Of a stretch of DNA of 64,000 bases, positions 29,754 to 44,200 are shown piece by piece (within the stretch, counting starts at the first letter, position 1; every line of letters begins with the position of its first letter). Source of the DNA: Trichoplax adhaerens (Eukaryota; Animalia; Placozoa); NCBI RefSeq assembly GCF_000150275.1, contig NW_002060955.1, forward strand, positions 598,886 through 662,885, read 5' to 3'. The position numbers and the translations under genes are program-made. The notes beneath the pieces were generated by a model, which did not search any database, had not been told where the DNA came from, and was given only the letters and a program-made list of their open reading frames with translations.

Positions 29754-32700
29754 CTAAACAAATATAGAAGACCGATGATCGTAAGCATCAATTTTCTGTA
29801 GCCATTTGTCAAGGGCTTCATTGATTTCCTGTGGTCTATCAATAAAAGGAAAATAGGACAGTTCCAGGTATTATGATTTGGCTCTACACAACTGTAGAAT
29901 TTATAGAAACTATCCATAGCATGAACAAAAGCTATTTACCGTTCAGAGTGAAGCCAGTGACTGCAATCAAATCTTAAACATGTTAAATTAGGAACAGAAT
30001 CATGCATACGTTTGCAGATTGAATCTGTAAGGAAGGTTTCTTTATCCGAAGCAATAAATAAAGCTGGTTGATAAATCTAGCATACGAATTAATAGTAAAC
30101 AACATTCATTAGTTTTGACAACTTTGGTTATCCAGGGATTTATTTTATAATTTTATCATTGCAATTACCTTTTTACCATATGTTTTCAATTGCCACTTCC
30201 AGCATTTTTGGGCATTTCTAAATCTGTTCAAGCTAGGGCTATTTTATAGAAAGAATATAACTTGTTCATTGCTATTATTGAACCAATAGGGATAAAAAGT
30301 ACGGCATTAAATCGCCAATTATTTGTCATTATTGTACATTAAGCTCTAAAATATCTTCAATATTGATCATGATATACTAGATTAATGACAAATACATACG
30401 TAAAACCCGTTACTTGAAATGCTTTAACATAATAATCTAGTTCTTCCTTTGTCATAAAACAACTTCGTTGATAGCCCTCGATTAGTTTCAACTTATAGGA
30501 TGAACAGTCTGAGAAGGATAATATCGAATTTTTTATTTGTAACTTATTTAATAGGCATGGTAAATGTCATATTTGTCAAGATTTGAAGTCAGGATTATGA
30601 CGAATAACCAGATTTCAGCTGTTGATGGAGAATAAATTGTCGTCGTACGACTGAGAATATGCCGCAAAATATCTTACCCATATCTAATAAGTTAAATTCA
30701 CGGCCGTCTAATGCCTTTTCGTCCTATAGATTTAAAGAGAAATCCTTCATCTTAGCCGTAGAAAAATATGCATGAAGTTTATCACAGTTGATTCATTTAT
30801 TCCATGATTATCCTTAAAAGCCTCCATAGCGAGCTCTTATTGATATTATCTAACGACAGTCGAGTTATTATCATACGAGTAAATCGTTCGCTAACATTGG
30901 CAACCAATATCAATGGACTAGACAGAAAATTGTTTGAAGCAGACCGCATTTAATACTATTAAATCTTTACTACATACAGTATGTTATACTAAATACGGTA
31001 AAGAGAGACATTTTACATTCGATTTTATGTGAGAAGTGATGGAATATTATCAAAGTCATTATTTCATGCTTACGTTTTCATCAGTACTAGTATAGATATT
31101 TTGGAACGAGACGCGAATATCTTTGGCTAGGCATTTTTCAAATTTTCCCTACCGTGTTAAATAAAATATTTCGCTATCAGTTCAATTAAGATACGTTTCA
31201 AGAAATAAATGAGAACTATATGGTGGAAAAAAGAATCGGTTTAATTAGGATTAGCGTATAAGAAATAAGTGCCAATTGAGTGATGGAAAAAGCGAATAAA
31301 TAGGCTGATATTAGATTCATGGATAAGTTGAATTAAGATGTGCGTATGAGAAAGGAATAAAATTGTGAGATGAAAAAAGCGAATCAATTTAGTTTACTTA
31401 TATGCATATAAGAAATAAATGCGAATTACGAAATTGCAAAAATGAATCTGTTCAGTTAAGATACGCATATAAGAAATAGATGAGAATTGCATAGTGGAAA
31501 AAGTCAATGAATAGTTTGACGTTTGGATTTATGGATTAAGTTGAAATCGAAGCAAAAATTGAGATTGTAAACGACAGGATAGGAACAATGGCATTAAATT
31601 GCGACTTACACTTTCTGAAAAATAAATATAATATTGCAGAGGAGAAGGATTTTGCTTGATGTAGGTCAATAAATTCATATTCGGATGAGGTGGTATATAT
31701 GGAAAATTTAAACTTGCTACAGCTCTAATGACATGATTATTAAAATTGTTAATAGTAAGAATAAAAATAATTTTAATTTTATGTATTATTACCAATCTAC
31801 TTGCAAGCAATTCAATTATTGCCGTTCAAAAATTCCAAAGTTTTCCTATTACCTAACTCTATCAGGATATTGTAAACAGCAATTCCAGGCAACATCACCT
31901 CCGATATCGTGACCAACAAGAATGGCTTGATCGATATCCTGATTCAAGGTTGCGTTAGAAAACTACTTGTGATCATTACTTAGCTATATCGTGATGTTAT
32001 ATAGTGCGTTACTTACCAATATATCCATAAGTTCAATTATATCCTTATTTTATTGGAATAACGTTGTATGTGAATTATCCATTTGAATCAACATGATTGA
32101 ATGGTATATTTAAAATTAGTCTTACTTTGGAATTTCAATACTAGTCATATCGTGATGTAATATGCCCATAGAACTACATAATAAATGATTTGAAATTCAA
32201 TTCACTACCTCAGTAACTAAGTCCATAGAATAATCTTCAACATCTACGGGTTAATAAAATACAATTTCGATAATTTTAAAGGCATTTCAACAGAGTATAG
32301 CCGTAATGTAATCTGATTTATGAAAGATCCAGCTTACTTGGGGGGCAGCTCGATAGCCCGACTCCTCGATGATCTATAGCAATTGCACGAAAGCCAATCG
32401 CGGTAAAATACGGGATCTAAAGGGAATCGGAATTGATTTATAAATACTATATTATGTATATATATTGAATTACATGTTTTCTTATTGATTTATTTCGATA
32501 TATATATGTATGTATTAACAGATCTCAGACTACAGAACTCCCTCCTATGTCGAGGCGGCTTGCATTTCACTTAAGGCTATAACTTTCGTCTCTAAAATTA
32601 TCCACTAACAGCACTCAACTATTATTCCAACACCTAAATGTAATCCTTGACACCGCTAGTCCACTCAGGTCTAGCGCCGCCATCTTACTAATGATTATAT

Positions 32701-35663
32701 AATTATCGGAGTTTCATTATGGAACAATTTTTTTATATCTAGTTGGCTATTACAGAAGTAAGGGCAGGTTAGCGGAAATGAGATCACTGTCGACTTTTAT
32801 TATAGATAGCAGCAGGAATATTACATCGTAATAATCAGACAGATAGGAAGATTACTTATCATTCAGTTATTTCATCATGCCGATAGAATTAGCTATTGCA
32901 ATTAATGTAGCTGCAAAATTGATCCATACTAACCTGATATCGCCATCCATACCAGAAATCAGGAAAACCATGAAGGAATAAAATGACTTGGCCACTTCCT
33001 TTCTCGACAAAATGGATTTTGATACCTTTCTATAAATCAAATAAGGCATCAAGCTCATGATGTTTGGTCTGGATAAATATATTACATAGGTCTACATTGT
33101 CTGATATTGAGTTATTTTTGAATTTAAATTTATAAAATTTATGAAAAGAGTGACCTTGGTCGTGATTTGGCCATGCACTACTTCATTTTCATTGCATGAC
33201 CATGGCTTGGATGGTAGTAATAGCTATATGAAAGCATCCGAGATAATATGAACTTATTAGGCCACATTTAGAAGTATTTATGATTTCCTAGACGGTAAGT
33301 ATCCTATGCCTATTCATCGATGCAGCACTGCTCGATATTAGTAAACTGATATATCTGATCTTTCAATTTTATTTAACTAAGTTCCACGCAATATTAATGT
33401 TGGCCATTGAAATAGCTCGATAAATTTGTAATCATATTTTTAATCTATTGCCTAATTGCAATAGGACTTTTTTCAATTAACTAACATTAATTTCAATAAG
33501 ATTTCCTAATTGAATTAAAAGCTCTTTGTTTTCATTTGCTACGATATAGGCTATACCAAGATTTCTTGCTATCTCAGCCGATAATTCTGATTGTTCTATA
33601 GTTATTATCTAAAGGCAGTCAAGTTTAAAAGACATTGATGTTATTCAAATAATTATTTAATAGTTTAATGTGAATATGATTCAAGCCATCCATTACTATC
33701 CATGTTAAGCTTCAGCAAATACTAGGAGCTCATCTGTATAAAAATGATTACGGTGATTCCTAAACTAAACTTTCTCGATATTAAATAATTATCTTAGCTA
33801 GAAGTGGATTTCTAAATCACTGCAGCCAATGAAATAGAATTGCACAAATAATGATTTGTCATTGTCCATGACGATATAGAATGATAAAATTATACATAAG
33901 TACATCATTTTTACCCCCATAGTAAACTATGAACATGATTTGATGCATGCATAACAAGCCATTCGAAGTTTATCCTGATGCTAGAAATGCATTCTTATGA
34001 AATTATTACTATTTTGTTCTGAAGTAAACATGCTCGGCAATAACTAGCTATCTTAACAAGTAGTAGATTTCTAACAAGCTACAGCTACTGATGTAGAATT
34101 GCAAATAATTATCTATGACAGTACGGAAAAAGAGAGATTAATCCATGCTTAAGTGCTTTATCTTTACCTCATGCAATTGGACATCCATTTGTTGCATAAC
34201 ATATTGGTAAATCTCCTTAGAAGGTCCAGATATTCCTATTTGAGTTGATTCAAAATAATAATTGGCTAGGCCTTTCAAGTATAATTTGATTTTGGAGCTG
34301 ATGGATGAATTAACAATATTGCAATCATCAATCCAGGAATTGCAAATGATGGTAATTTTATATCCTAAGCAACAACAATTTAAAATAAAAAAATCTATTT
34401 AGTACCGTATAAATTGCGGCGTAATTCTAATTTTTAGTAAGTAGGATATGTAGACAAGGTATGCCGATAGGGAATAAGAACATTGACCTGATCGCTTTAA
34501 TTTGGCCATAACAGAAACAATTTCTTTATTCATTTTCAAGTCATCAATACATTCAGCAACTATTCGTTCAATACTAAAATTTTCCGGTAGCATCGTATTC
34601 GATTGCTCTGCTTCATTGAGGGCAAGTTGATTTAAATCCTTACAGTACTATATTGAATTTTTCCCGAATTCAAAAAATGTGATAAGTTGGTATTGGAAGA
34701 GCTAATCTTGTTTTAAGCATAAATTAATATACCTGACTCATCGTAATTTTACCATTAAGCAACTGATGAACTGGGCTACCATCCTTGTTATTTTGCCTCA
34801 GGATATCAAATAGGAATTCTCTATTATTCCAACGATTTAATAAGTATAGATAAATTAGCTGGTTTTGAATTAGGATTATTAGTAACTATCCTGCGACCAA
34901 AAGCATTAACCAGTTATACATCTTATCAAAGATTAAATCGATTAAAAATTAGAAACTTGTCATATTAAATTCTGCGAAAATAGTTACAACAACGAAGGAT
35001 AATTTTTATTCATGATGAAACACTTACTTCTGTAGTCAAAGAGTAGAAAATTATGCATTATGCTCCATTTCTGTCATAGGATTATCTATATTTTATATCA
35101 ACCAGTAACTCTGTTCGTTATATCTACGGCTGGTTATTATATGAAATAACTTCTGTAGATTGATATATTGCATTCCATCCGAGCGTAAATTAAATCGATG
35201 ATTTTATTACTGATAGGAACTAGATATGTCTAGAGATGGAATTAAGAATTTTTATATCTGCCTGCATGCCTACTCTATTACATCTAGGTCATTATACTAA
35301 ATAAATTGGGTCTATTCCATACAAGTATAAATTTAAATCGATGGCTTTCATTAATGATTGTGTACTAGATGTTATTTAATGATTACGAATTAGACATGTC
35401 TAAAACTAGAATGAATTCGTTGTGGATAGAATAATTTTCGATTTAACGAATCAATTCCCAATCTCATTACTTGCTTAAACCATACAAGCTTACCTTGATG
35501 GCCTTAAACGAATATGTGCAATACAGAATATGATGGCAATTGTGAATTAGTGCTTACTTACTTTGGTAAGCCACAGTCCCATTCGTGTTTCATCACTCCA
35601 TAATGTAATGGTGTGACTAAAACGCCATAATAGTTGAAAACAATTACCTTATATCGCTTGTTT
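29754..35663 (-). CDS. EPHX2: Soluble epoxide hydrolase (EPHX2-type): degenerate N-terminal HAD domain plus alpha/beta-hydrolase; start exon unresolved
   Basis: Exons (approx.) 35562-35663, 34733-34820, 34488-34647, 34168-34364, 33487-33608, 33156-33224, 32934-33029, 32338-32416, 32209-32248, 32016-32044, 31852-31938, 31610-31724, 31073-31147, 30677-30724, 30400-30507, 30169-30238, 29939-30075, 29754-29835. Motifs LPENFSIERI, IHFVEKGSGQVILFLHGFPDFWYGWRYQIP, LVGHDIGG, YPDRVRAVASLNFPY, DCSHWLHSERPQEINEALDKWL. Confidence 0.9.
31175..31510. repeat. Degenerate ~60-bp minisatellite in an EPHX2 intron
   Basis: About 5 diverged units of TTAAGATACGCATATAAGAAATAAATGAGAATT...GGAAAAAGCGAATC. Confidence 0.7.
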
Positions 35664-38281
35664 CTATAAAAAAATAAGACAAATCATACATTAAAGCTAA
35701 AATTGACATTACTGCTACTGTTATCGTAAATGATTTAATACAGCTACTAGTTTAATTTTTAAAGATCGATCGGAAGTTGATTACCATTTAGGGCCGATTA
35801 AAAACGTATACTAGTAATAATAGTATTTGCCCTGATCATTAGAGAGCTCAATATCGTTCCTTAACTATAGCTATTTTACCCAGTACTCATCGTATCTCTT
35901 GTCGTCTTCTTGACAGGGATTGCGGACGGAATAGAATCGCGGTAGTCTTATGTGGTTAATAGTTGATCAGTCTTTCTTACAGGCCCAATTTATAGTTTGC
36001 TTTGCTTCTGAAAATTACCAAATTATCATAATAACTTGTCGATCTATCATAATTATTCCGGATGTTCTAAGAATTTAACAAGTTGACTTACGCCGATTAC
36101 CATATTTTCTTCTAATGGATTTCTCAATAATGATAAATGATCTTGCTATTTTGTTACTGTATACAGTAATTAATAACATTATTCGATCGTTAGGATAATA
36201 ATGACAAGAGTTTACACGCATATTATTTTACCTATAATTCTATCAAATCAATATTGATTTTCTCTCAAGCGATTATATTATTATTATAAATACTTACCTT
36301 GGATCCTATTCTCTCTCTCTCTGCTACTCTATTGAGGGTTGTATTCAGGTGATGAGTTAAGCATAGATTATATATAAAATGCGGGCAAAAGTCATTTTGA
36401 TTGGTATTTACACAGTTTAATTAATTAATTTTATGCATAAATGATTTTTTTGCTTACCTTAGAATTAAATTGAATAAATTGTGACTGTAATATCATCGTG
36501 ATACTTGTATAATAATTAATCTATTGTAGAAGGTAGTTTAAACTTGAAGTTGATATGACAGTATTACTAATTACCATCAAATTTCTCCTCCCTTTACCTT
36601 GTGTCAGAATTAATATTGATTTAATCATGCCATCCCTTGATAAATACTTACAGTCGTCGTTGCGTCAAGAGTTCATGATAAATTACAAAGTTACTTTTCA
36701 CTAGGTCTAAGCTCAGGCAAATAGTCCAATTAGAAAATAAGAATTTTAAACTAATTCATCCCCTAGGGCTACACTTCATGATAGGGAAATCTCGAGTCAT
36801 TATTATGACAGGGACTATGAGTAGAATATTGAGCTCTTTTTAATAAGAAATTGAGGCAATTACAGTAATCATCATTAAAATTTCTTAGATACTCTTAAAT
36901 TACATGATCATACTTTTAGTCGCGACTTCTACGTTATCTGTTGATGAAACATCAAATCATCTACTATTAGGGATCTTAAGTACAGACAGCTATGGCATTA
37001 CATTTTTACGTCTATGGACTAGTCTTTCACAAAATTATTTCTAAATATCGAGTGGCTATCATTAGCAGTCGCGATGGTTGCAAAGATTTATTGAGAAAGC
37101 CATCACGTTGTCTATTATTAAGTTCAGACTGTCATAATGGTAAAGAAAGTTAAATATGCACCAATTTATAAACTGTTATCAGATCATATGGTAATACTTA
37201 GTAAGATTTGTTATGACCGTAGAGATTTGAAAATCTCAAGTCTCTATCTTTCTCTTTAGACAGTCAGTCATATAGGTGAAATATTGAAAGTACTTCGTGA
37301 TTTAACCTAAATCACAGATGGTAATCTACAGTTATTAAAGCTGTACTGCAGCATTTAGCATTTGCACATTAATAATTAAAGTAAAGTAATCCTAATAACG
37401 TCGAAGTTAACGAACGATCTGCAATCGTTGTCAGTATAGGAGCAATTAGCAAAATTTCAAGTTGCCTGTTATTACGCCTAAGCTCAGAATCTTATGAGAT
37501 TAAAAATTCAGAGCCAATGAAATAACTTTGATGTCTTTATTATCCTTTGAAATCCTTCTAATGCGAGCAATTTCCAAATCTCTACTATTTAGCTACTTAA
37601 GTATCCTCTGTTACAGTTATCAATTTCCATAGTTAAAATGTTGTTTCCAATAAAAATGTTTACACTAAAGCATCAAATTATCATCATAGACTATAACAAA
37701 CGGTTAGATAGAGCAGGAAATTGTTTATAAAAAAGAAGACAGTGCCTCGCATAGAAATTTTATAACATAGATTGTAAGTGATGGATAAAGAAGTAGTAAT
37801 GTGGTATATAATCTGCCAAAATGATTATAAACTTCAAACATAAAATCAAGGTTTAATGTAGAAGAGCTATACCGGTCCTTCATTATATTTAAGATAGGAA
37901 TTTAACCTATTAGGATAGCTACCTGCCTATATGTTCATACGTTGAAAAATAGTCTTGATAAAATAAAATAGTTAAACAAATGAATAATTACTGTATCATA
38001 TAACATTATAACGGTTTATAAAGATTGCTGGCTGTATAATCTTGGCTAAATACGGCTAAGAACAAACAACCATATCCAAGGTAGGCATAAGGAAGCTCAT
38101 TTCCAATTAGAACATGAGCCTTCTGTAGTAAACACTTTTGGCTAATATCATCAGCTAGAGAGAAAATAACCATTGCAATATGAATTAAGTTTCAGTAGTA
38201 AATTTAATGTAGCAAAGAAGTTATATAATTCAAAATGAACAATACTTACTTATACTATGCTATAGTATCAGGTTAAAGCTT

Positions 38282-41200
38282 TTACTTTTTTGTAGTTGGT
38301 GTGGAAGCAGTTACATGCAATGATATATCAACATTTTTGTTCATGCTGTTTCGATTGACACTACCATTCCTTGGACTTTTTTCAACTTTTTTGATTGTTG
38401 CCAAGGGGCTACTACTAGTTAAGAGATATTCGTCGATATCAGTTTCTTCTTTATTCCGCTAATGAAGGTAGACACAAATAAAGTTAATCACATTTTTGAT
38501 TGTTATCGAAATAGAATAATTTACGCAAGCATTCATTTCTAGTTGCAACTCGTATTTGATTTTAGAATGCAGTAAAAATTTACACTATAGGTAAAATTGA
38601 TTCATTGGCAGAATTTAAAAGTTTCCGACAATCGAAACTTACGGTTTCATTAATACTGTTTTTTAATAACTTTAACTGGCCTTCCAGTTGCTTATTATAG
38701 ATCTCTAATTTAGCCATTTTCTTTTCTAAACGATTCTTATCCTCTTTGAGTCGAACTGCTTCCGCTGATAATTCCTCTTCATCTTCAGCCATGGCAAGAA
38801 GAGGGCGATCAGTTTCAATACTTGATCGATTTTTACTTGAGCGTCGCCTAATGGAGCTATTAGCTGAATTAGCTACACTGCTGTCATATTTCGATTGCAG
38901 ATTGCTAATCGAAAAGAAATTAAAATTATATAGTAAACACGATGGAATTAGTTGGTACTTATTAATTTTCCATAGATTTTAATTTTTTTCACTTACCGCG
39001 ATTGTTTCTCTAATTGAACAATTGTATCATCTAAATCTTCAGTTTGATCACCATCGATGTTGGTAAGAATTTGCATTGGACTTTGTGTCTACAATATTAA
39101 TGGAGGGTTAGTATACACAGTATTTAACATAATTTGCCAATAATAACAAATAATTAATAATACGTTCATTGCACTAGCTAAGTTAGATTAGTTCTTCAAT
39201 TTAACTTATGCAAGGGCAAGTAAAACATTATTACCTGCATGGAAGGATTATTCAAGCTGTGTAGAACGAGCCAGATGAAATAAAGGTTAGATATTATTCT
39301 TGAATCCATGCTATATCAACTTTTATTTTATTCAATTTACCTTTGGCAATACTGAGCAATTAATTGATGTTCTTCATCCCTATATTGACATAAATTCGTG
39401 TAGGACAATTTTTAACTTAATTTATGCGTATTTACTGAAGATAGAATACCATTATTGAGATGCTATTTCAAGAATAATAAAAATTACTAACGGTTGTTGT
39501 TCATTTTCCGTGTTAGAGGCATTCAAGGATCTACTGTCAGAGCTTGGAGTTCTACTGTGCATAGGTCTGACGTAAGATTTCGAAAGTCATTACATGAAAA
39601 ATTTTCTACAAATATCGACTAAATCTAAACTTTACCTGATAATCTCTTGTCGCTTGTGCGTACTTTTCTTTCCTAGGGCAGATAATTGACTAGGCCTAAA
39701 ATATGAATGTAAGATTGTTTGACTAAATGATATAATACTTATTACTAAACAGATATTAGATGATTTATATTGGGATTAATAACGCTAATTATACTCACGA
39801 TTCAACACTATCCCCTTCAACAACAGATTGTAAAGGTAGATAACCAAGTTTACGACTACGACGTCGCATACTCTTAGTTTTCAATTTATTACGAACGAAT
39901 TTGAAGAAATCCTTAGCATCATCGCCTGTTGAAGACTATTTAAAAGGTTTACAGGAATGAATTAGGGAATTGTGGCACGATTAGCAAATCAACTAAAATC
40001 GTTATAAATACCTCCAAGCAATACTCTTGCATTTGATGAGATGATTTATGTCCTTTACAGGTCTCTCCTTTGAAAAAGCATGCCTGACACATATCGAAAT
40101 TAAAACATTCCAAGCAACGATATCTAGAGGGATGGAGTATAGTTAATATCATTACACGCCGATACTAATATCACATTGGTTATTATTCATTTTTATCGCA
40201 ATATATCACTAGCACAGTACCTTAATCCTTTAAATGCAGCAGTCTTGCAAACACTACATCTTGTCTGATGAGAGACTGTAGATTTAATACAATTAAGAAT
40301 TCAGGATTACATTCACGATTCTCAAGGTTAAACTTGGCTTATTATAATAAAATATATTTTAGCATATTAAGGTATAAAAGGAACTTGTGTCACCATTTTC
40401 TGCTGCTGATATTCTATGCATGACTGGAAGCCAAACCATAGACTGTGGTTCAGCCAACATCCAATCGAGGAATTGAACAGAGCCAACAAATTCCTCTGAA
40501 TTACCCTGTATGTTAATAGAATTGGGATAACAGCATAAATTTTTAATACCATTCTTTAATAGTAAAAATATTCATATCAATCGCGCTCCTTTTCCATTAA
40601 AAAATAAAGGGATACGTTACCGTTTCCAAACAGCTACGAATACTAGGTTCGATATTACTTCCTCCAAATGCAGCAACTTCGCCCAGCTGTCGTGGAATCT
40701 GAAATTAATTTATAAACGAGTTACTAAAAGGCAGAACGATGTTCAAAATGACGGAAATTTATAATTTAGACTTTGATTTGGAAACGTTAAACTGTAGATT
40801 CGGTAAAGCAATGAATCAAAGAATTATACGAGATAAAGTGCCGGACATCAATGCACTATTCGGTTAGTACCCTTTTAAAACAGCTAACTCAAGTACCTGA
40901 AGACAATCGTGAAGAAATAGGCCTAATCTCGCTTTATCGGTGCAGCCATCATGACGGGCAATAAGATTGAACATATCTAGTAAAAAACCGATCAAAAGTA
41001 TACGATTTATCACGACAGTTGCTTATAACATATTGCAAAATTTAATAAATCAGACAAAGTTTCATAACTCAGTAATAGTCGTCGTAATAATTAGCAGCTA
41101 ATAGTATACGTACATCTGTATTTTTCTTCAAGCGGCGCATTACATAATATTACGAGGCCAATTCTAAGCGACAAGATACGTATTTTACCAGTTCTGGGCC

Positions 41201-44200
41201 TGTATCCGTAAGAAATTTGAATATTACCGTAGGCAATCATTCATTGTAATAAAAAATCAAGACCATTAGTATAGAAACGTCAAACTTACACGTCGTAGAC
41301 ATTTAATAACCAATTGACGACTAAATCTTTGTATAGCGGTATTTTTTTCCTGCTAAATTTCTTATTATTAATTCTTTCATAGACGATATTCAACAACTTA
41401 TAAATATCGTTAATGTCAATGTAGGCATCATTCTTAAATCGGAGGCCAGAATCTTGGAAGGCAGTCTTTAAAGAATTTAGCTCGATGAAATTTACTGAAA
41501 AGAAAAGGGGCGTAAAATATTAAAATGCCCGACTCTTCATATATATCTTGCACAAGAAATACTATAGGCCGAAATACAAGGCCTTCGATACCGATTATTA
41601 ATATAAATATAAACAAAAGACATATTCAAATTTATTTGGTGCTTACAAAATAAGCATTTTTGTAATTTCCTTAGTTTCATAGCGGTACGATAAGCGGCAT
41701 ACTTAATGAAATTGTTGTTGACTGAATAAAATACAGAGTTAGCAACTTTCATTAGTAAGATTTCAAGTATAATTATTTTACACTGATAGAAGACTTTACC
41801 AAGTAAATCATAAATTTCAGTCATTTGCGGGTGGTCCCATTGTGTGACTTTCTTTTCATGACTAAAAAATTACAGTAAACATAAGTTAAGGTCAGTAGTA
41901 ATTTATTTTTACTTAAAATTTAGTATAATCCATGTTACGAGTAATATAATTTTCATACTTACTTAACATAGTACGGTACATTATTAACGGTTAATGATTT
42001 TTCCCATGGTGGCTCTAATAAATCTATAAGCATGCAAATGTTTCGTATATATATTTGATCTTTGATCCTAGTAGCTACCAGCATTAAAGTATAACAGATA
42101 ATATTCAATCATATCTCGTGTTATGAACTAACCACTGGAGGTAACTTCCGATTGATGATGAGATACTTCAGTCGTTGTATCTCGGAATTCTTTGAGTTCA
42201 TCAATCCGTATTTGCTCACTTCGGGTTAAATCGGCCCAGCGACGATTGATATCAGAATACTGATCAATAATAACTCTGTTCAAGGTAATTCCTTTTTTGC
42301 CAATCGAGAAATATAACCGTTTGATATTTTCGATATTAGGACGATTTTTTTGAATTGATTCCCTGAATGACTGTTATCATTTAAGTAGAGGTGAAGATTA
42401 AACTTAAGCAAATACACGATTACAGTGACGCAGGATAACCAATAAGATTTCGAATATTTTATATCTGCAAGTTGGTTATGCAGATATCAACTAACCTTGA
42501 GATCTTGAAGTTGAGAACTTAGATTTTCAGAATTGATATCACGAGGGCTGACCCATGATAATCTTTTTTTCTCACACGAAAGAAGTTGTGAAACAGCTTC
42601 TCTCATCAATGACGTTAGCTCATTAAATTCCTAATTTCAGATACAAATTGAAGCCAATATCAAAACGTATTTAGGTAATATTTACTTACTAATATACGGC
42701 AACCAACATTGCACGCTTATATAGATCGTATTACAATACATCACAAAAATATAAGACCATCTTTACGTACAAGGATAGTTTTATCCAATAAAGTCTGCCA
42801 ATCGTCCGCACGTTTCGAAACACTATTCCATCTATCACCTAGTAATGCTAGTAATCCCTTCAATTCAACCATAGGTTGTTGATCAATATCACCATACTGA
42901 TCTTCTTGAGTTCTATCATCCTGACTCTTTGCATATAAACTACCACTTTCAAGCGTTTCTTCGACAAGAGGCTGATGTGTTGCCAGTCGAGACCTAATAT
43001 CCTACATTTGCAGGCAATAAAAACGTATGAGTGGTTACAATAGAGAAGAAAAAGAGAAAATATAATAAAGTTACACAAACCAGTAAATTCTCATTTTGTT
43101 GTTGCAAAGCATGCAGATCTCCTTTCAGAGGTTCTTCCGCAGCTAATTCATCATTAACTTGTAATAACCATTCGTTTAACTTGCGTAAATTACTTTGTAG
43201 CTCATTCCATTGTCTGCAATGTTCTTCTATAATCACACCAATGTCGATAATATCCTCCTGTAATCGTGCCCAATCATCTTGTAATTTGACAATTTTATCT
43301 TTCAAAACCTTTTCCTCATCCTCATTTAGATCAGGATTAACCCGATTTCCTGCCTTAATTATTTGCGACATAATTGATTCGTGATCCTGTATTTCTTTAC
43401 GAAGGTTCTACGATAAAAATTTAATTACATAATCTTGAATACTTTTTATTTTTAAGATCAGTAAATAAAAGATTTAACAAATTCTGTATAATAAACTAGC
43501 AATTAGTTCTGATATTTACTTGGTAGTTTTCTTCTTGATATTTGATCATAATTGGATCGCGGCTACTTGTTTTTACGGAAGAATGAAATTTATTCAGCGT
43601 ATTATCGATCCCAACTAACCAAATTAGGGCATTTTCCAAATGGGAATTAAAATTGCTAAAGCAATCTATAGCATCCAATAGTCTCATTTCTCGTGCTTTT
43701 AATCTACGATTAAATAAACGCAGCCCAAAATTTATGAATGTTTCCTTCCAACAAATTTGAAATGACAATTTTATCATTAGTGATAGCAGTATACTAACCT
43801 GTCCTTAATCAAAATCCATTTCTCTTCAATTGCTCCTACGCTATGCTCGAGCAAGATCGTGTCTTCCGTTTGATTTTCTTTCACAAGATTATTTCCTTCT
43901 TCAATAATATCAGTAACTTGGCTTTCTTCCGATTTAATTTCATGGGAAAATTCCTAATACGTAAAAATTACCAGAAAAATATTAATGCCATTGTCGTAAG
44001 TTCGTAGTTAAGATCATAAGTTGACAAAACTGATCCTACTAGCATAGAAATTATTTTTGTTCAACATACGTAATGCCTAGTCAGCATGGCAGTGATTTCA
44101 TCCAAATCATCAGGTATATCTGTCCCTTCATGCTCATCAATACGTTTTTCCAACCCAAACAGCATTTCCAAGCATTTCCCACGATTGATTTGGTACGGCT

